A DNA stretch of 64,000 nucleotides from Rikenellaceae bacterium (GTDB taxonomy: Bacteria; Bacteroidota; Bacteroidia; Bacteroidales; Rikenellaceae), in contig SUZG01000001.1 of the NCBI GenBank assembly GCA_015060015.1, positions 23,605-87,604 on the forward strand, in the 5' to 3' direction. Positions 8,982 through 18,602 of the stretch are shown here, one piece after another (within the stretch, counting starts at the first letter, position 1; every line of letters starts with the position of its first letter). The notes beneath the pieces were generated by a model. The model worked only from the letters and a program-made list of their open reading frames with translations, searched no databases and had not been told where the DNA came from. The position numbers were made by a program, and so were the translations under genes.

Positions 8982-11765
8982 TTACAACTCCTTCACGCGT
9001 ACGTTGCGAAGCTTCATACCCTCGCCGTGACCGCAGAAACAGATATAACCCTTCTTGTTGAAAAGGCCGGGGTGGTTGTAACCATCGACCGTGTAGGGGT
9101 TCTTTTTGCCGCCATCGGGAGCCACATTGTGACCCTTGCAGGCCTTGCGGATATTGCCATCAACGATAACCTCGCCATCAACCGTAACGGTGATTTGGTC
9201 GCCCTTGATGCGAATCTCCTCCTCGTGCCATGTGCCGATGCCCTCCCACTTGATACGCTTGGCGGGAATGATACCATACACCGAGCCGTGTACCTGATGC
9301 TCTTTCAGGTTCTTGTAGATAGGTGCATCGTGGTGCAGGAGCTGAATCTCCATACCATAATAGGCGGCATCCTTGCCCATCTCGGCACGGATACCCACGC
9401 CGTTGTTCACGCCCTCGCGGTCGAAGCAGAACTCAAAGCGAAGCACGAAGTCGTCGTACTCTTTCAGCGTGTAGAGGTTACCCGTAGCACCATACGATGC
9501 GGTAACATACATATAGCCGTTGATAGGCTGATAAGCGGCCGTATTACCCTGCCACTTATCCATATTCACGCCATCAAACAGAAGCTCAAAGCCCTCGGCC
9601 TGCTCCTCGTCAGAGAGTGTAGCAACGATAGAGAAAGACTCCTTCTCCTTGTTCTCCGAGATGAACTTCTCGATATCCTTACGCTTATATACGGCGTCGC
9701 TGTCGTTGAGTGTAGCACCCACCTTCTCCAAGAGAGCCTTCACCTCGGCACTGTAATACTCCGGATGCTTGGTGGCAATCTCCATAACGGTATTGGCCGC
9801 CGCCTGTGCCGTAGCCTCGTCGTCCATATACTCGGCTGCGAGCATCATACCCTGATAGGTCTGCGTGCGAGAGATGGCACGCAGAGCCTTGTTCTTGTTG
9901 GGGGTCTTGGGGTTGAGCTCCAAAGCGGCACGATAGCGTGCGAACTTCTGCTCGCCATTGAGAGAGGCCGAAGCCTTCACAAGGTCGATATAGCGAGCCA
10001 CAGCGTGCTCCTTCAAGCCCTTGTTCTCCTGTGCAATCTTATACATCTGGTCGATAAGAGAGTCGTCGTTGATTGTGCAGAGGCTGGCAAAAGCCGAGTT
10101 CTCGACATTGCCGTTGTTGTAGCCCTCGATGATGGGAGCAATAGCCTCCTTGGCATCAGTAGCCGCAAGGATAGGATAGAACAGATGCACCTTGTCGGTC
10201 TTGCCCATCTTCGCCTCGATACGCTTCACCTGCTCGGCAGACGAGAGCTCCTTCAACGACTTGATGATAGCGTTGCTGACCGAGGTCTTGTCGCCCTTGC
10301 CGGCGATGAGCATCTCGCACAACGCATCGAAGTTCTGCTCGGCAGCAACCGTAGGCAGAGCCTTGACGGCAGCCTCGCAACCCTCACCGGCCATAGCCAG
10401 CACCTTGTCGGCAGCCTTCGTGATGCGACGCTTCTTCAAAATCTGCAATGCGGCAGCCTTTGAGTTGTCGTTACCCTCCAAGGCAGCCACCACAGCGTCG
10501 TCAATCTTACCATTGAAAGCGAGCAAAGTGGCGATAGCAGCATCGTAAACCTTGCCCTCGCCCTCCGTAGCGACCTCCGCCATAATAGCCTCCAAAGCCT
10601 TCTCGCCACCTATGCGGCCCGCAGCCTCGATAGCGGCAATGGCCACACAGTCGCAGTCGGAAGAGATATACTCGGCAACACTATCCACCTCACCCTCTGC
10701 GTGTGAAGCACCCAGATAGTTGAGGATATCGACCTTCGCCTCGTCAGAAGCCTTCGGCAGAGCCGCAGCAATAGCGGCATAGACCTTCTCATCGGCAAAC
10801 GAGTCAGCCGTAAGCAACGCACCATAGCGGTAGTCGCGGCTCTCATCCTTCAAGCCCTTGATGATTGTGGGCAGTACAGCGTCGCCATTCAGGCGAGAGA
10901 GGATATCCAGACCCTGCAGGCGGACATTGTTCTTTCCGACCTTCATCAGCTTCTTCGCACCCTTCTCTGCAAGATTGGGATTCTCGGCAACCAGACGGTT
11001 GAGAAGAGCCACATAAGAGCCATAGGCATCGGTAGCCTCGAAATTATAGCCCACACTCTTTGCCGCAGCCGACAGAACCTTCTCGGCATTCACGCCACCG
11101 CACGAAGCCAGGGCGTGATGAATCTGTGCTCGTTCATCATCGTTCTGTGCCTCCTTCAACCACAAAATCAGAAATTCCTCGGCTCCGGGGATATGCTGAT
11201 ATGAGGCAATCTGCGACAAAACAGACTTGTCGATGTTGTGTGCTCGCTGGAAAATATCCCATACCAACGCACCACTGCCATCAATCGCTGCCAGGGCGTG
11301 TACTGCATACTCCTTCAAATAGTCATCATTGAGCTGCTCGGCGAAGAACTCAACATCCTCCTTCGTAGCACAAATCTCCAAGGTCTGCATCAGGTAGGCC
11401 TTCAATACGGGAGCCTCCTCGGCGGCAAAAGCCTCCTTCAAACCCTCGCGGACAGCCTTACGCTGCTCGTCGCCGGCCTTGGTGACATAGGTGGCAACAC
11501 CACTCAATGCGTACTCCATAGGAGAGTTGTTCACTCCCTCCTTCGCCACCTGCAACATATCGGCAATCATCAGCACACCAGCCTTGCCCGTAGCAGCCAG
11601 CTCGGCCATCGTGTTGTTATAGATTTCGGGGGTCTCGGCAGGCAGCTGTGCCAGAGCATCCGCAACGATGGTCTCGGTCGTACGCTGACGAGCATCCTCC
11701 TGTGCATTGACAACCGCAAAGGGCATCAATGCCAACATTGTAATCAATAAAAATATCTTTTTCAT
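8982..11765 (-). CDS. Secreted HEAT-repeat protein with C-terminal DUF1080 (3-keto-disaccharide hydrolase/hydratase family) domain
   Basis: Signal peptide (VNA-Q), about 700 aa of Ala-rich helical repeats, then GFELLFDGVNMDKW...EYDDFVLRFEF...NNGVGIR...GMEIQLL...HGSVYG...GYICFCGHG. Confidence 0.85.
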   Translation of the reverse strand: MKKIFLLITMLALMPFAVVNAQEDARQRTTETIVADALAQLPAETPEIYNNTMAELAATGKAGVLMIADMLQVAKEGVNNSPMEYALSGVATYVTKAGDEQRKAVREGLKEAFAAEEAPVLKAYLMQTLEICATKEDVEFFAEQLNDDYLKEYAVHALAAIDGSGALVWDIFQRAHNIDKSVLSQIASYQHIPGAEEFLILWLKEAQNDDERAQIHHALASCGGVNAEKVLSAAAKSVGYNFEATDAYGSYVALLNRLVAENPNLAEKGAKKLMKVGKNNVRLQGLDILSRLNGDAVLPTIIKGLKDESRDYRYGALLTADSFADEKVYAAIAAALPKASDEAKVDILNYLGASHAEGEVDSVAEYISSDCDCVAIAAIEAAGRIGGEKALEAIMAEVATEGEGKVYDAAIATLLAFNGKIDDAVVAALEGNDNSKAAALQILKKRRITKAADKVLAMAGEGCEAAVKALPTVAAEQNFDALCEMLIAGKGDKTSVSNAIIKSLKELSSAEQVKRIEAKMGKTDKVHLFYPILAATDAKEAIAPIIEGYNNGNVENSAFASLCTINDDSLIDQMYKIAQENKGLKEHAVARYIDLVKASASLNGEQKFARYRAALELNPKTPNKNKALRAISRTQTYQGMMLAAEYMDDEATAQAAANTVMEIATKHPEYYSAEVKALLEKVGATLNDSDAVYKRKDIEKFISENKEKESFSIVATLSDEEQAEGFELLFDGVNMDKWQGNTAAYQPINGYMYVTASYGATGNLYTLKEYDDFVLRFEFCFDREGVNNGVGIRAEMGKDAAYYGMEIQLLHHDAPIYKNLKEHQVHGSVYGIIPAKRIKWEGIGTWHEEEIRIKGDQITVTVDGEVIVDGNIRKACKGHNVAPDGGKKNPYTVDGYNHPGLFNKKGYICFCGHGEGMKLRNVRVKEL

Positions 11766-11792
11766 CTTGTTTCCTGTTTTAGCGGTTACGGA

Positions 11793-13073
11793 TTATATTT
11801 TCCAGGGGCCACGCATCGGCTGGTCGATAAGTGCATTTGCCGCATCATCGTTGATGAACTGCAACTTAACGGGGTCAAACTCCAATGTGCGGTTCAGACG
11901 CAGGGCACACAGACCCATATTCACAACCGTAGAAGAACGGAATCCGTTGGCCTCGTTCAGGGCAAACTTCTCGCGTGTGCGGACACATTTCAGGAAGTCG
12001 GTGTTCTGTGGCTCGGGGTCGGGCAACTCTGCCAGCTTGTCCATAACATTGGGGATGGTGCAGCGGAAGCCCTGATAAACCTTACCCAGCGGGCCCTCGA
12101 TGTAGGGTGCTGTCGGGTCGCCGTGATCCTCGCCTTGGAGGATAATCTGACAACCGTCGTCGTAGGTGTAGGTAATCTTACGCCATGTACCGATAGCGTC
12201 GTGGTGCTGCTGCGGAGCATCCACCTCAACCTTCACGGGCGAGGTATGGTCCTTACCCAGAATATACTGCACAGGGTCGATGTAGTGCTGTCCCATATCG
12301 CCCAGACCGCCACCATCGTAGTCCCAATAGCCTCGGAAGGTCTGGTGTGTACGGTGCTCGTTGTAGGGTTTGTAGGGTGCAGGGCCCAACCACAGATCGT
12401 AGTCGAGATTGGCCGGTACGGGCTGCTCGACAAGGTTCTCCTTACCTACCCAGAAGAACTTCCAGTTGAAGCCCGTATGGCCGGAGATGGTAACCTTCAA
12501 GGGCCAGCCGAGCATACCGCTATCGACCAGTTTCTTCAAAGGCTCTACCGTAGTACCCAGACCGTAGAATGTATCCTTGAAGCGGAACCATGTATTGAGG
12601 CGGAAGACACGCTTGTTCTGCTCAACAGCCTCCATAACCTTCTTACCCTCGCCGATGGTGCGCGTCATAGGCTTCTCGCAGAAGATATCCTTACCCGCCT
12701 TGGCTGCCTCAACGGCCATAATACCGTGCCAGTGGGGAGGTGTTGCGATATGAACGATATCGACATTGGGGTCGTTGATAAGGTCGCGATAGAAGTGGTA
12801 GCTGTTTACCGTCTCGCCGAGGCGGCTCTTCGCCAACTCGACACCTCGTTTGAGGTGGTTACTGTCCACGTCACACATTGCCACAAGACGGCACTGCTCA
12901 TCGCTTGAGAAATGGAGGTTGCTCATACCGATACCACCCGTACCGATGATACCCTTTGTGAGCTGGTCGTTGGGGGCTATATGCCCTGCTCCTCCTAATA
13001 CGCGGCGAGGAATGATGGTCAAAGCGGCCAATCCTCCCAGCGTTTTGAGAAAATCTTTTCTTGTAATAGCCAT
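11793..13073 (-). CDS. Tat-exported Gfo/Idh/MocA-family oxidoreductase
   Basis: TRKDFLK Tat-like motif with IIPRRVLG, GIIGTGGIG Rossmann motif, IATPPHWH, CEKP and DMGQHYID. Start set at 13073 (MAITRK); the ORF track begins at 13100. Confidence 0.9.
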   Translation of the reverse strand: MAITRKDFLKTLGGLAALTIIPRRVLGGAGHIAPNDQLTKGIIGTGGIGMSNLHFSSDEQCRLVAMCDVDSNHLKRGVELAKSRLGETVNSYHFYRDLINDPNVDIVHIATPPHWHGIMAVEAAKAGKDIFCEKPMTRTIGEGKKVMEAVEQNKRVFRLNTWFRFKDTFYGLGTTVEPLKKLVDSGMLGWPLKVTISGHTGFNWKFFWVGKENLVEQPVPANLDYDLWLGPAPYKPYNEHRTHQTFRGYWDYDGGGLGDMGQHYIDPVQYILGKDHTSPVKVEVDAPQQHHDAIGTWRKITYTYDDGCQIILQGEDHGDPTAPYIEGPLGKVYQGFRCTIPNVMDKLAELPDPEPQNTDFLKCVRTREKFALNEANGFRSSTVVNMGLCALRLNRTLEFDPVKLQFINDDAANALIDQPMRGPWKI

Positions 13074-13188
13074 ATTTGTAATGTTTGAAGTTTTGTTCAT
13101 TATTCAACACCCGACAGAGTGTTTTTGACAAAAAGTGCAGTAAAGGTAGTGATTTATTGTCAGAATGACAATTTATACCCCGCTAAAC

Positions 13189-13219
13189 TTTGTCGGGCGT
13201 GATAATTTTCTTACATTTG
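13189..13219 (+). promoter_or_regulatory. Bacteroidota promoter for xerC (-33 TTTG 13189-13192, -7 TACATTTG 13212-13219)
   Basis: Both consensus boxes with a 19-bp spacer. Confidence 0.6.
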
Positions 13220-13293
13220 TGAGGCGTGGCGACAGTTTTCCGGGTTTCTCACACACTGCATTTCGCCCCGCAGACAGAAAACAAGAGCCTTGT

Positions 13294-14208
13294 ATGGATA
13301 ACCTGCAACTCATAGAACGCTTCACACTCTACCTCGCGGCAGAACGTCGTTACTCGCCCCTGACGGTGCGTAACTATCTGCGTGATATTGACGACTTTAT
13401 GGCGTGGGGCGAGAGGATGTCGGGCGGCGAGTTCTCTCTCGCGGAGGCTCGTGGCGAGGATATCCGCAGCTGGGAGCTCTACCTGGCCGATGAACGCCGC
13501 CTGAAACCGCAGTCGATAAATCGTGCTGTGGCATCGTTGCGGACTCTCTACAAATATATGTTGAGCAACGGCATTATCACAAAGGATATCTTCGTGAAGG
13601 TGAGTGCAATGCGTACCGCCAAGCGACTGCCTAAATTTGTGTCGCAGAACACTATGTCGGAGGTTGTGGAGGAGGTGCTGCGACTGCTGCGTGAGGGCGA
13701 GTGGCGTGAGAGGCGGGATGCCCTGCTGGTGCTGCTGCTCTACGCCTGCGGGCTGCGTCTGGCGGAGGTTGTGGGCATCGACAGAGGTGACTTCACTGAC
13801 GATTTTCACTCATTGCGGGTTCGCGGCAAGGGCGACAAGATGCGTATTGTGCCCCTCGTCGAGAGGGTACGTAGCGAGGTTTTGCGATATATTTCCGCAT
13901 TTTCTGCCGAAAAAATTTGCAAAAAAGATGAAAATGCACTATTTTTATCTCCACGTGGAGGTCGTATATCCCGCAGCGACGTACAACGCAGCGTGGCACG
14001 CCTTCTGCGGAGTTGTGGCGTGGATGGCAAATGCTCGCCTCACGTGTTGAGGCACACCTTCGCAACACATCTGCTGAATGACGGTGCCGACATACGCGAG
14101 ATACAGGAGCTGATGGGTCACACCTCACTCAATGCAACGCAGGTATATACCCACAACGATATAGCCTCGTTGCAACGAATATACGCCGAGGCCCACCCGC
14201 GAAAGTAG
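13294..14208 (+). CDS. xerC: Chromosomal tyrosine recombinase XerC/XerD
   Basis: YLAAERRYSPLTVRNY, LLYACGLRLAE (R), GKGDK (K), PHVLRHTFATH (HxxR) and MGH..TQVYTH (H, Y); adjacent to hpf as usual in Bacteroidota. Start set at ATG 13294, downstream of the promoter. Confidence 0.85.
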   Translation: MDNLQLIERFTLYLAAERRYSPLTVRNYLRDIDDFMAWGERMSGGEFSLAEARGEDIRSWELYLADERRLKPQSINRAVASLRTLYKYMLSNGIITKDIFVKVSAMRTAKRLPKFVSQNTMSEVVEEVLRLLREGEWRERRDALLVLLLYACGLRLAEVVGIDRGDFTDDFHSLRVRGKGDKMRIVPLVERVRSEVLRYISAFSAEKICKKDENALFLSPRGGRISRSDVQRSVARLLRSCGVDGKCSPHVLRHTFATHLLNDGADIREIQELMGHTSLNATQVYTHNDIASLQRIYAEAHPRK

Positions 14209-14313
14209 TGATATTCAGCAAGTTTTTCAGGGGAGGGGAGGGTGAGCTGAAAAGTGTTTAGGACAAGGCCGCAGGCCTACTATTATAGTGTTTAATTCTA
14301 AAATTTTAAGGCT

Positions 14314-14601
14314 ATGAACGTACAGATTCAGTCAGTGAAATTCGATGCCAGCTCGAAGTTGGTGGAATTCATCGAGAAAAAATTAGCCAAGTTGGACCGC
14401 GTGGCAGAGAATGCTACGGGAGTGGATGTTGTGTTGAAACTCGACAAGGATGATGAGCACGGTAACAAGATAGCAGTTGTTACTTTGCGAGTTCCCGGCG
14501 GAGATATCCGCGTAGAGGAGCAGGCTCGCACCTTTGAGGAGGCTATCGACAACGTAATGGATGTTATGAAGCGTCAGATTGAACGCCGCAAGGATAAGTA
14601 A
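14314..14601 (+). CDS. hpf: Ribosome hibernation promoting factor / ribosome-associated translation inhibitor RaiA
   Basis: MNVQIQSVKFDAS.KL..FIEKKLAKL...FEEAID short HPF fold. Confidence 0.9.
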   Translation: MNVQIQSVKFDASSKLVEFIEKKLAKLDRVAENATGVDVVLKLDKDDEHGNKIAVVTLRVPGGDIRVEEQARTFEEAIDNVMDVMKRQIERRKDK

Positions 14602-14624
14602 TCTTCAAAGGAGGAGTATCTCCT

Positions 14625-14667
14625 CACAAAAAAAGTCCGTCACTTTCGAGTGGCGGATTTTTTTGTG
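14625..14667 (+). terminator. Terminator after hpf (likely bidirectional)
   Basis: CACAAAAAAAGTCCGTCAC-tttcga-GTGGCGGATTTTTTTGTG. Confidence 0.75.
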
Positions 14668-14711
14668 GGAGGAGAGAGGGAGGATGATGCTGTAATGAAA
14701 GAATTAGATGA

Positions 14712-14817
14712 TAGGGAATTTAGTGAATTTAAGGAATTTAGGGAGATTAAGGAAAAACACTAAATTCACTAATTTCTCTAAATTCCCTAAACTCTCTAAA
14801 CTCCCTAATCTCCCTAA
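14712..14817. repeat. Head-to-head arrays of a degenerate 9-bp repeat (TAGGGAATT-like, then CTAAATTCC-like)
   Basis: tagggaatt tagtgaatt taaggaatt tagggagat taagga ... ctaaattca ctaatttct ctaaattcc ctaaactct ctaaactcc ctaatctcc ctaa. Confidence 0.85.
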
Positions 14818-14846
14818 AAAAAGAGCAGGAAAAACTCCTGCTCCTT
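14815..14846 (-). terminator. Terminator of the fumarate hydratase gene
   Basis: GAGCAGGA-aaaac-TCCTGCTC stem, followed by a T-run on the - strand, about 20 bp after the stop codon. Confidence 0.7.
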
Positions 14847-14867
14847 TAACTGCTCTGAACTGCCCTC

Positions 14868-16511
14868 CTACTTGCAGCAGGGAGTCCACGGCTTCAACTG
14901 CTTGAAGAAGTCGTTACCCTTGTCATCCACCAGAATAAAGGCGGGGAAGTTCTCAACCTTAATCTTCCATACAGCCTCCATACCCAGCTCGGGATACTCA
15001 ACACACTCGATATCCTTGATATTCTCCTGTGCCAGCAACGCCGCAGGGCCACCGATAGAGCCGAGGTAGAAGCCGCCGTGCTTCTGACAAGCGTCGGTAA
15101 CCTGCTGTGAACGGTTACCCTTGGCAATCATAATGAGTGAGCCGCCCTCCGCCTGAAAAGCATCGACATAGGGGTCCATACGCTGTGCCGTAGTGGGGCC
15201 CATAGAGCCGCAAGGCATACCCGCAGGGGTCTTGGCCGGACCGGCATAATATACGGGGTGCTTCTTGAAATATTCGGGCAGACCCTCGCCTGCATCGAGG
15301 CGTGCCTTCAACTTGGCGTGAGCAATATCGCGTGCCACGATGATAGTACCACTCAGGCTTACGCGTGTGGCTACGGGATACTTCGCAAGCTCCTTGCACA
15401 CCTCGCGGATAGGCTGGTCAAGGTCAATCTTCACGGCATCGCCCTCGCCCGCCTGACGCAGTGCCTCGGGGATAAGCTCGTATGGCTTGGTATCCATCTT
15501 CTCAATCCAAAGGCCATCCTTGTTGATTTTCGCCTTGATGTTACGGTCGGCCGAGCAGCTGACACCCATACCTACGGGGCAAGAGCCGCCGTGACGGGGC
15601 AGACGGATGACGCGAATATCGTGGCAGATATACTTACCGCCGAACTGTGCTCCCAGACCGATGCGATGAGCCTCCTCGGTGAGAATCTTCTCCAGCTCCA
15701 CATCGCGGAAGGCACGGCCTGTCTCGTCGCCTGTGGTGGGGAGGTTATCGTAGAAGTGGGTAGATGCCAACTTTACAGTCAGCAGGTTGCGTTCAACACT
15801 CGTACCGCCCACAACAAAGGCGATATGGTAGGGAGGACACGCCGCCGTACCCAGCGACTTAATCTTCTCTACACAGAAGGGAATCAGCTTCTCGGGGTTG
15901 AGCAGAGCCTTGGTCTCCTGATAGAGATAGGTCTTGTTGGCCGAGCCACCGCCCTTGGCGATGAAGAGGAACTTATACTCCATGCCCTCGGTAGCCTCGA
16001 TATCAATCTGTGCGGGTAGGTTGCAACGCGTATTGACCTCCTCGTACATCGTCAGCGGAGCATTCTGCGAGTAACGCAGATTCTCCTCGGTATAGACATT
16101 ATAGACACCGCGTGAGAGAGCCTCCTCGTCACAGAAGTCGGTCCATACACGCTGACCCTTCTCGCCGTGAATGATAGCCGTACCCGTATCCTGACAGATG
16201 GGCAGCTGACCCTTGCTCGCCACCTCGGCATTGCGAAGCATCGAGAGTGCTACATACTTGTCGTTGTCAGACGACTCGGGGTCGCTTAAAATCTTGGCTA
16301 CCTGTGCGTTGTGCGTGCGACGCATATTGAACGACACATCGTGGAAGGCCTGCTGTGTGAGGCGTGTGAGGGCCTCGGGTGACACCATAAGCACCTCCTT
16401 GCCGTTAAACTCGCTGACCGATACGCCCTCTTTTGTGAGCAAATAGTATTCGGTCTCATCTTTGCCCGTCTGGAACATCGGGGCATACTTAAATTCGGGA
16501 ACTCCTGCCAT
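14868..16511 (-). CDS. fumA: Class I [4Fe-4S] fumarate hydratase (FumA/FumB type); candidate mesaconase
   Basis: [52 protein letters not shown] and [12 protein letters not shown] motifs. Start set at 16511 (MAGVPEF); -7 box TATATTTG at 16557-16564. Confidence 0.93.
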   Translation of the reverse strand: MAGVPEFKYAPMFQTGKDETEYYLLTKEGVSVSEFNGKEVLMVSPEALTRLTQQAFHDVSFNMRRTHNAQVAKILSDPESSDNDKYVALSMLRNAEVASKGQLPICQDTGTAIIHGEKGQRVWTDFCDEEALSRGVYNVYTEENLRYSQNAPLTMYEEVNTRCNLPAQIDIEATEGMEYKFLFIAKGGGSANKTYLYQETKALLNPEKLIPFCVEKIKSLGTAACPPYHIAFVVGGTSVERNLLTVKLASTHFYDNLPTTGDETGRAFRDVELEKILTEEAHRIGLGAQFGGKYICHDIRVIRLPRHGGSCPVGMGVSCSADRNIKAKINKDGLWIEKMDTKPYELIPEALRQAGEGDAVKIDLDQPIREVCKELAKYPVATRVSLSGTIIVARDIAHAKLKARLDAGEGLPEYFKKHPVYYAGPAKTPAGMPCGSMGPTTAQRMDPYVDAFQAEGGSLIMIAKGNRSQQVTDACQKHGGFYLGSIGGPAALLAQENIKDIECVEYPELGMEAVWKIKVENFPAFILVDDKGNDFFKQLKPWTPCCK

Positions 16512-16660
16512 AGTTTTATACAGTTTGATTTTCTGATTTTTGCACTTCAAAACATACAAATATACAACTTATCTGCGAGATGACAGCTACTTTTTTCACG
16601 CTTTTCTACTTTTTCGAAGAAAAAAAGCACTTTTTGGTTACACCTTTCTGAAAAAAAACA

Positions 16661-16668
16661 TAACTTTG
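16661..16668 (+). promoter_or_regulatory. -7 box (TAACTTTG) for the glutamate mutase operon
   Basis: Consensus TAnnTTTG 27 bp upstream of glmS, back-to-back with the fumarase promoter. Confidence 0.55.
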
Positions 16669-16694
16669 TAATAATGTTATAACATCTTGCAAAT

Positions 16695-17108
16695 ATGGAG
16701 AAAAAAACAGTTGTTATTGGAGTTATTGGTGCCGATGCTCACGCCGTTGGCAATAAGATTATCGATTTGACACTCTGCAATCACGGCTTCAATGTCGTGA
16801 ATCTTGGCGTGATGGTATCGCAGGAGGAGTTTATCGACGCTGCTGTCGAGACCTCGGCCGATGCTATTCTGGTATCATCACTTTACGGACACGGCGAGAT
16901 TGACTGTATGGGTCTTCGTCAGAAGTGCGACGAGGCAGGCCTGAAAAATATGCCTCTCTTTGTGGGTGGCAACCTCGTTGTGGGCAAGCAGAATTTCGAA
17001 GATGTGAAGGAGAGATTCCTCGCCATGGGCTTCGACTATGTATATGCCCCCAGCACCCCGATTGAGGAGACTATCGGCGACTTGAAGAAGCATTTGGGCT
17101 TGGAGTAA
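16695..17108 (+). CDS. glmS: Glutamate (methylaspartate) mutase subunit S, B12-binding
   Basis: [14 protein letters not shown] (DxHxxG cobalamin motif), [11 protein letters not shown] and [11 protein letters not shown]. Confidence 0.95.
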   Translation: MEKKTVVIGVIGADAHAVGNKIIDLTLCNHGFNVVNLGVMVSQEEFIDAAVETSADAILVSSLYGHGEIDCMGLRQKCDEAGLKNMPLFVGGNLVVGKQNFEDVKERFLAMGFDYVYAPSTPIEETIGDLKKHLGLE

Positions 17109-17142
17109 CAATTTGTGTTCGGAGTAACAACACTCACTGATT

Positions 17143-18540
17143 ATGAAATTTCTAACCGTTGATGTAGGCAGCACCTATACCAAGCTGACCGCTATCGACG
17201 CAACAACAAGGGAGATTCTCGGCACGGCACAGGCCTTCACCACCATCGAGAGTGATGTGATGCAGGGCTTCGAGTCTGCGTGGAAGCAACTCACCTCTCC
17301 GCACGAGGGCAATCCGTGTGCGGGCTTCGAGTATGACCAGTTGCTGGTATGCTCGTCAGCGGCAGGAGGCTTGAAGATGGTTGCTCTGGGTCTGGTTCCC
17401 GACCTTACGGCAAAGGCCGCCCGTACGGCAGCCTCAAATGCCGGAGCAAAGGTGGTCAAGACCTACGCTTACGAGATAAGCGGCAGCGAGCAGCAGGAGA
17501 TTTTCGACATAAACCCCGACCTTGTCTTGTTGTGTGGTGGTACGGATGGTGGCAACAGAGAGGTCATCGTCGCCAACGCGAGGCGTCTGGCAGCGATAGA
17601 CCGCCCCTTCACTACCATCGTGGCAGGTAACAAGAGTGCAACGGATGATATTCGTGCCATCTTCGGGGAGGCCCGCAAGGATGTGGTCATCACCGAGAAT
17701 GTTATGCCGCAGTTCAACAAGCTGAACATCGAGCCGGCACGCGACGCCATCCGACAGATCTTCATCGCCCGCATCATCGAGGCCAAGGGTCTGAATCGCC
17801 TGCAAGCGATGACTCCCCACAAGATTATCCCCACGCCGCTGGCCGTATTGCAGGCCTGCGAGCTATTGAGCCGAGGCACAGCCACACAACAGGGCTATGG
17901 CGACCTGCTCGCCGTAGATGTCGGTGGTGCTACGACTGATGTATATTCAATGGCGGCAGGCACTCCTACGGTGGACAACACGATGCTGAAAGGTCTGCCG
18001 GAGCCGTGGGCCAAGCGTACCGTTGAGGGTGACTTGGGTATGCGTTACAGCCTCACGCATGTCTTTGAGCAGCTGCCCGAAAGGGGGTTTCCTCAATATG
18101 AGGAGCAGATGAAGCGTGTGGGCGAGTGGGTCGAGAGATGCTCTTCGCAGCCCGACACCCTGGCACAGCCAGACTCGGAGGAGGAGAAGATTGAGGAGTT
18201 TCTCGGTCGTTCGGCCGTAGCGATGGCCGTAGAACGCCATTGTGGCCGCATAGCCGATGTATATACCCCGCTGGGGCTGATGCACACGCTGGAAGGCAAG
18301 GACCTGATGGATATCCCCGCCGTGGTGGGTATCGGAGGCGTGCTTCGCAACAGCCGCCACCCCGAGGAGATTCTCAAAGGCTCGCTTTATAATGTTATGC
18401 AGCCCGAATCAACCCGCCCCCACAACCCGAAGTTCTATCTCGACAGCCGCTATATATTCGCTGCGATGGGACTTCTGCGTATGGTGGATGAGGAGCTGGC
18501 GTGCGAGTTGTTGCTGCGTGAGACCACAGAGATTGGCTAA
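17143..18540 (+). CDS. glmL: Glutamate mutase accessory/reactivating protein GlmL (MutL)
   Basis: DVGSTYTK, CSSAAGGLKM, LCGGTDGGN, DVGGATTDVYS and KRTVEGDLGMRYS; lies between glmS and glmE. Confidence 0.92.
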   Translation: MKFLTVDVGSTYTKLTAIDATTREILGTAQAFTTIESDVMQGFESAWKQLTSPHEGNPCAGFEYDQLLVCSSAAGGLKMVALGLVPDLTAKAARTAASNAGAKVVKTYAYEISGSEQQEIFDINPDLVLLCGGTDGGNREVIVANARRLAAIDRPFTTIVAGNKSATDDIRAIFGEARKDVVITENVMPQFNKLNIEPARDAIRQIFIARIIEAKGLNRLQAMTPHKIIPTPLAVLQACELLSRGTATQQGYGDLLAVDVGGATTDVYSMAAGTPTVDNTMLKGLPEPWAKRTVEGDLGMRYSLTHVFEQLPERGFPQYEEQMKRVGEWVERCSSQPDTLAQPDSEEEKIEEFLGRSAVAMAVERHCGRIADVYTPLGLMHTLEGKDLMDIPAVVGIGGVLRNSRHPEEILKGSLYNVMQPESTRPHNPKFYLDSRYIFAAMGLLRMVDEELACELLLRETTEIG

Positions 18541-18602
18541 CGGAAAAATAGTCGGATATAGCGAAGATAAAAATGTAGAAAAAACGTTAAACTTAAATAG
18601 AT

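Noticed and set aside
9027-10463. 478-aa + strand ORF antisense to the HEAT/DUF1080 gene, and similar long antisense ORFs over fumA, cca, the hydrolase and the kinase
   Set aside because: Same antisense-frame artefact (L/V/H/D-rich pseudo-protein typical of reverse-complemented GAG/ATC-rich genes); no independent start context.
13294-14208. XerC-like recombinase as a mobile-element integrase or as the invertase for the susC switch
   Set aside because: Housekeeping xerC-hpf context with no att-like repeats or cargo; the recombinase inside the inverted repeats is the more parsimonious candidate.
14704-14905. Short ORFs 14704-14889 (-) and 14708-14905 (+)
   Set aside because: They are translations of the 9-bp microsatellite arrays and terminators, and overlap the fumarase 3' end.
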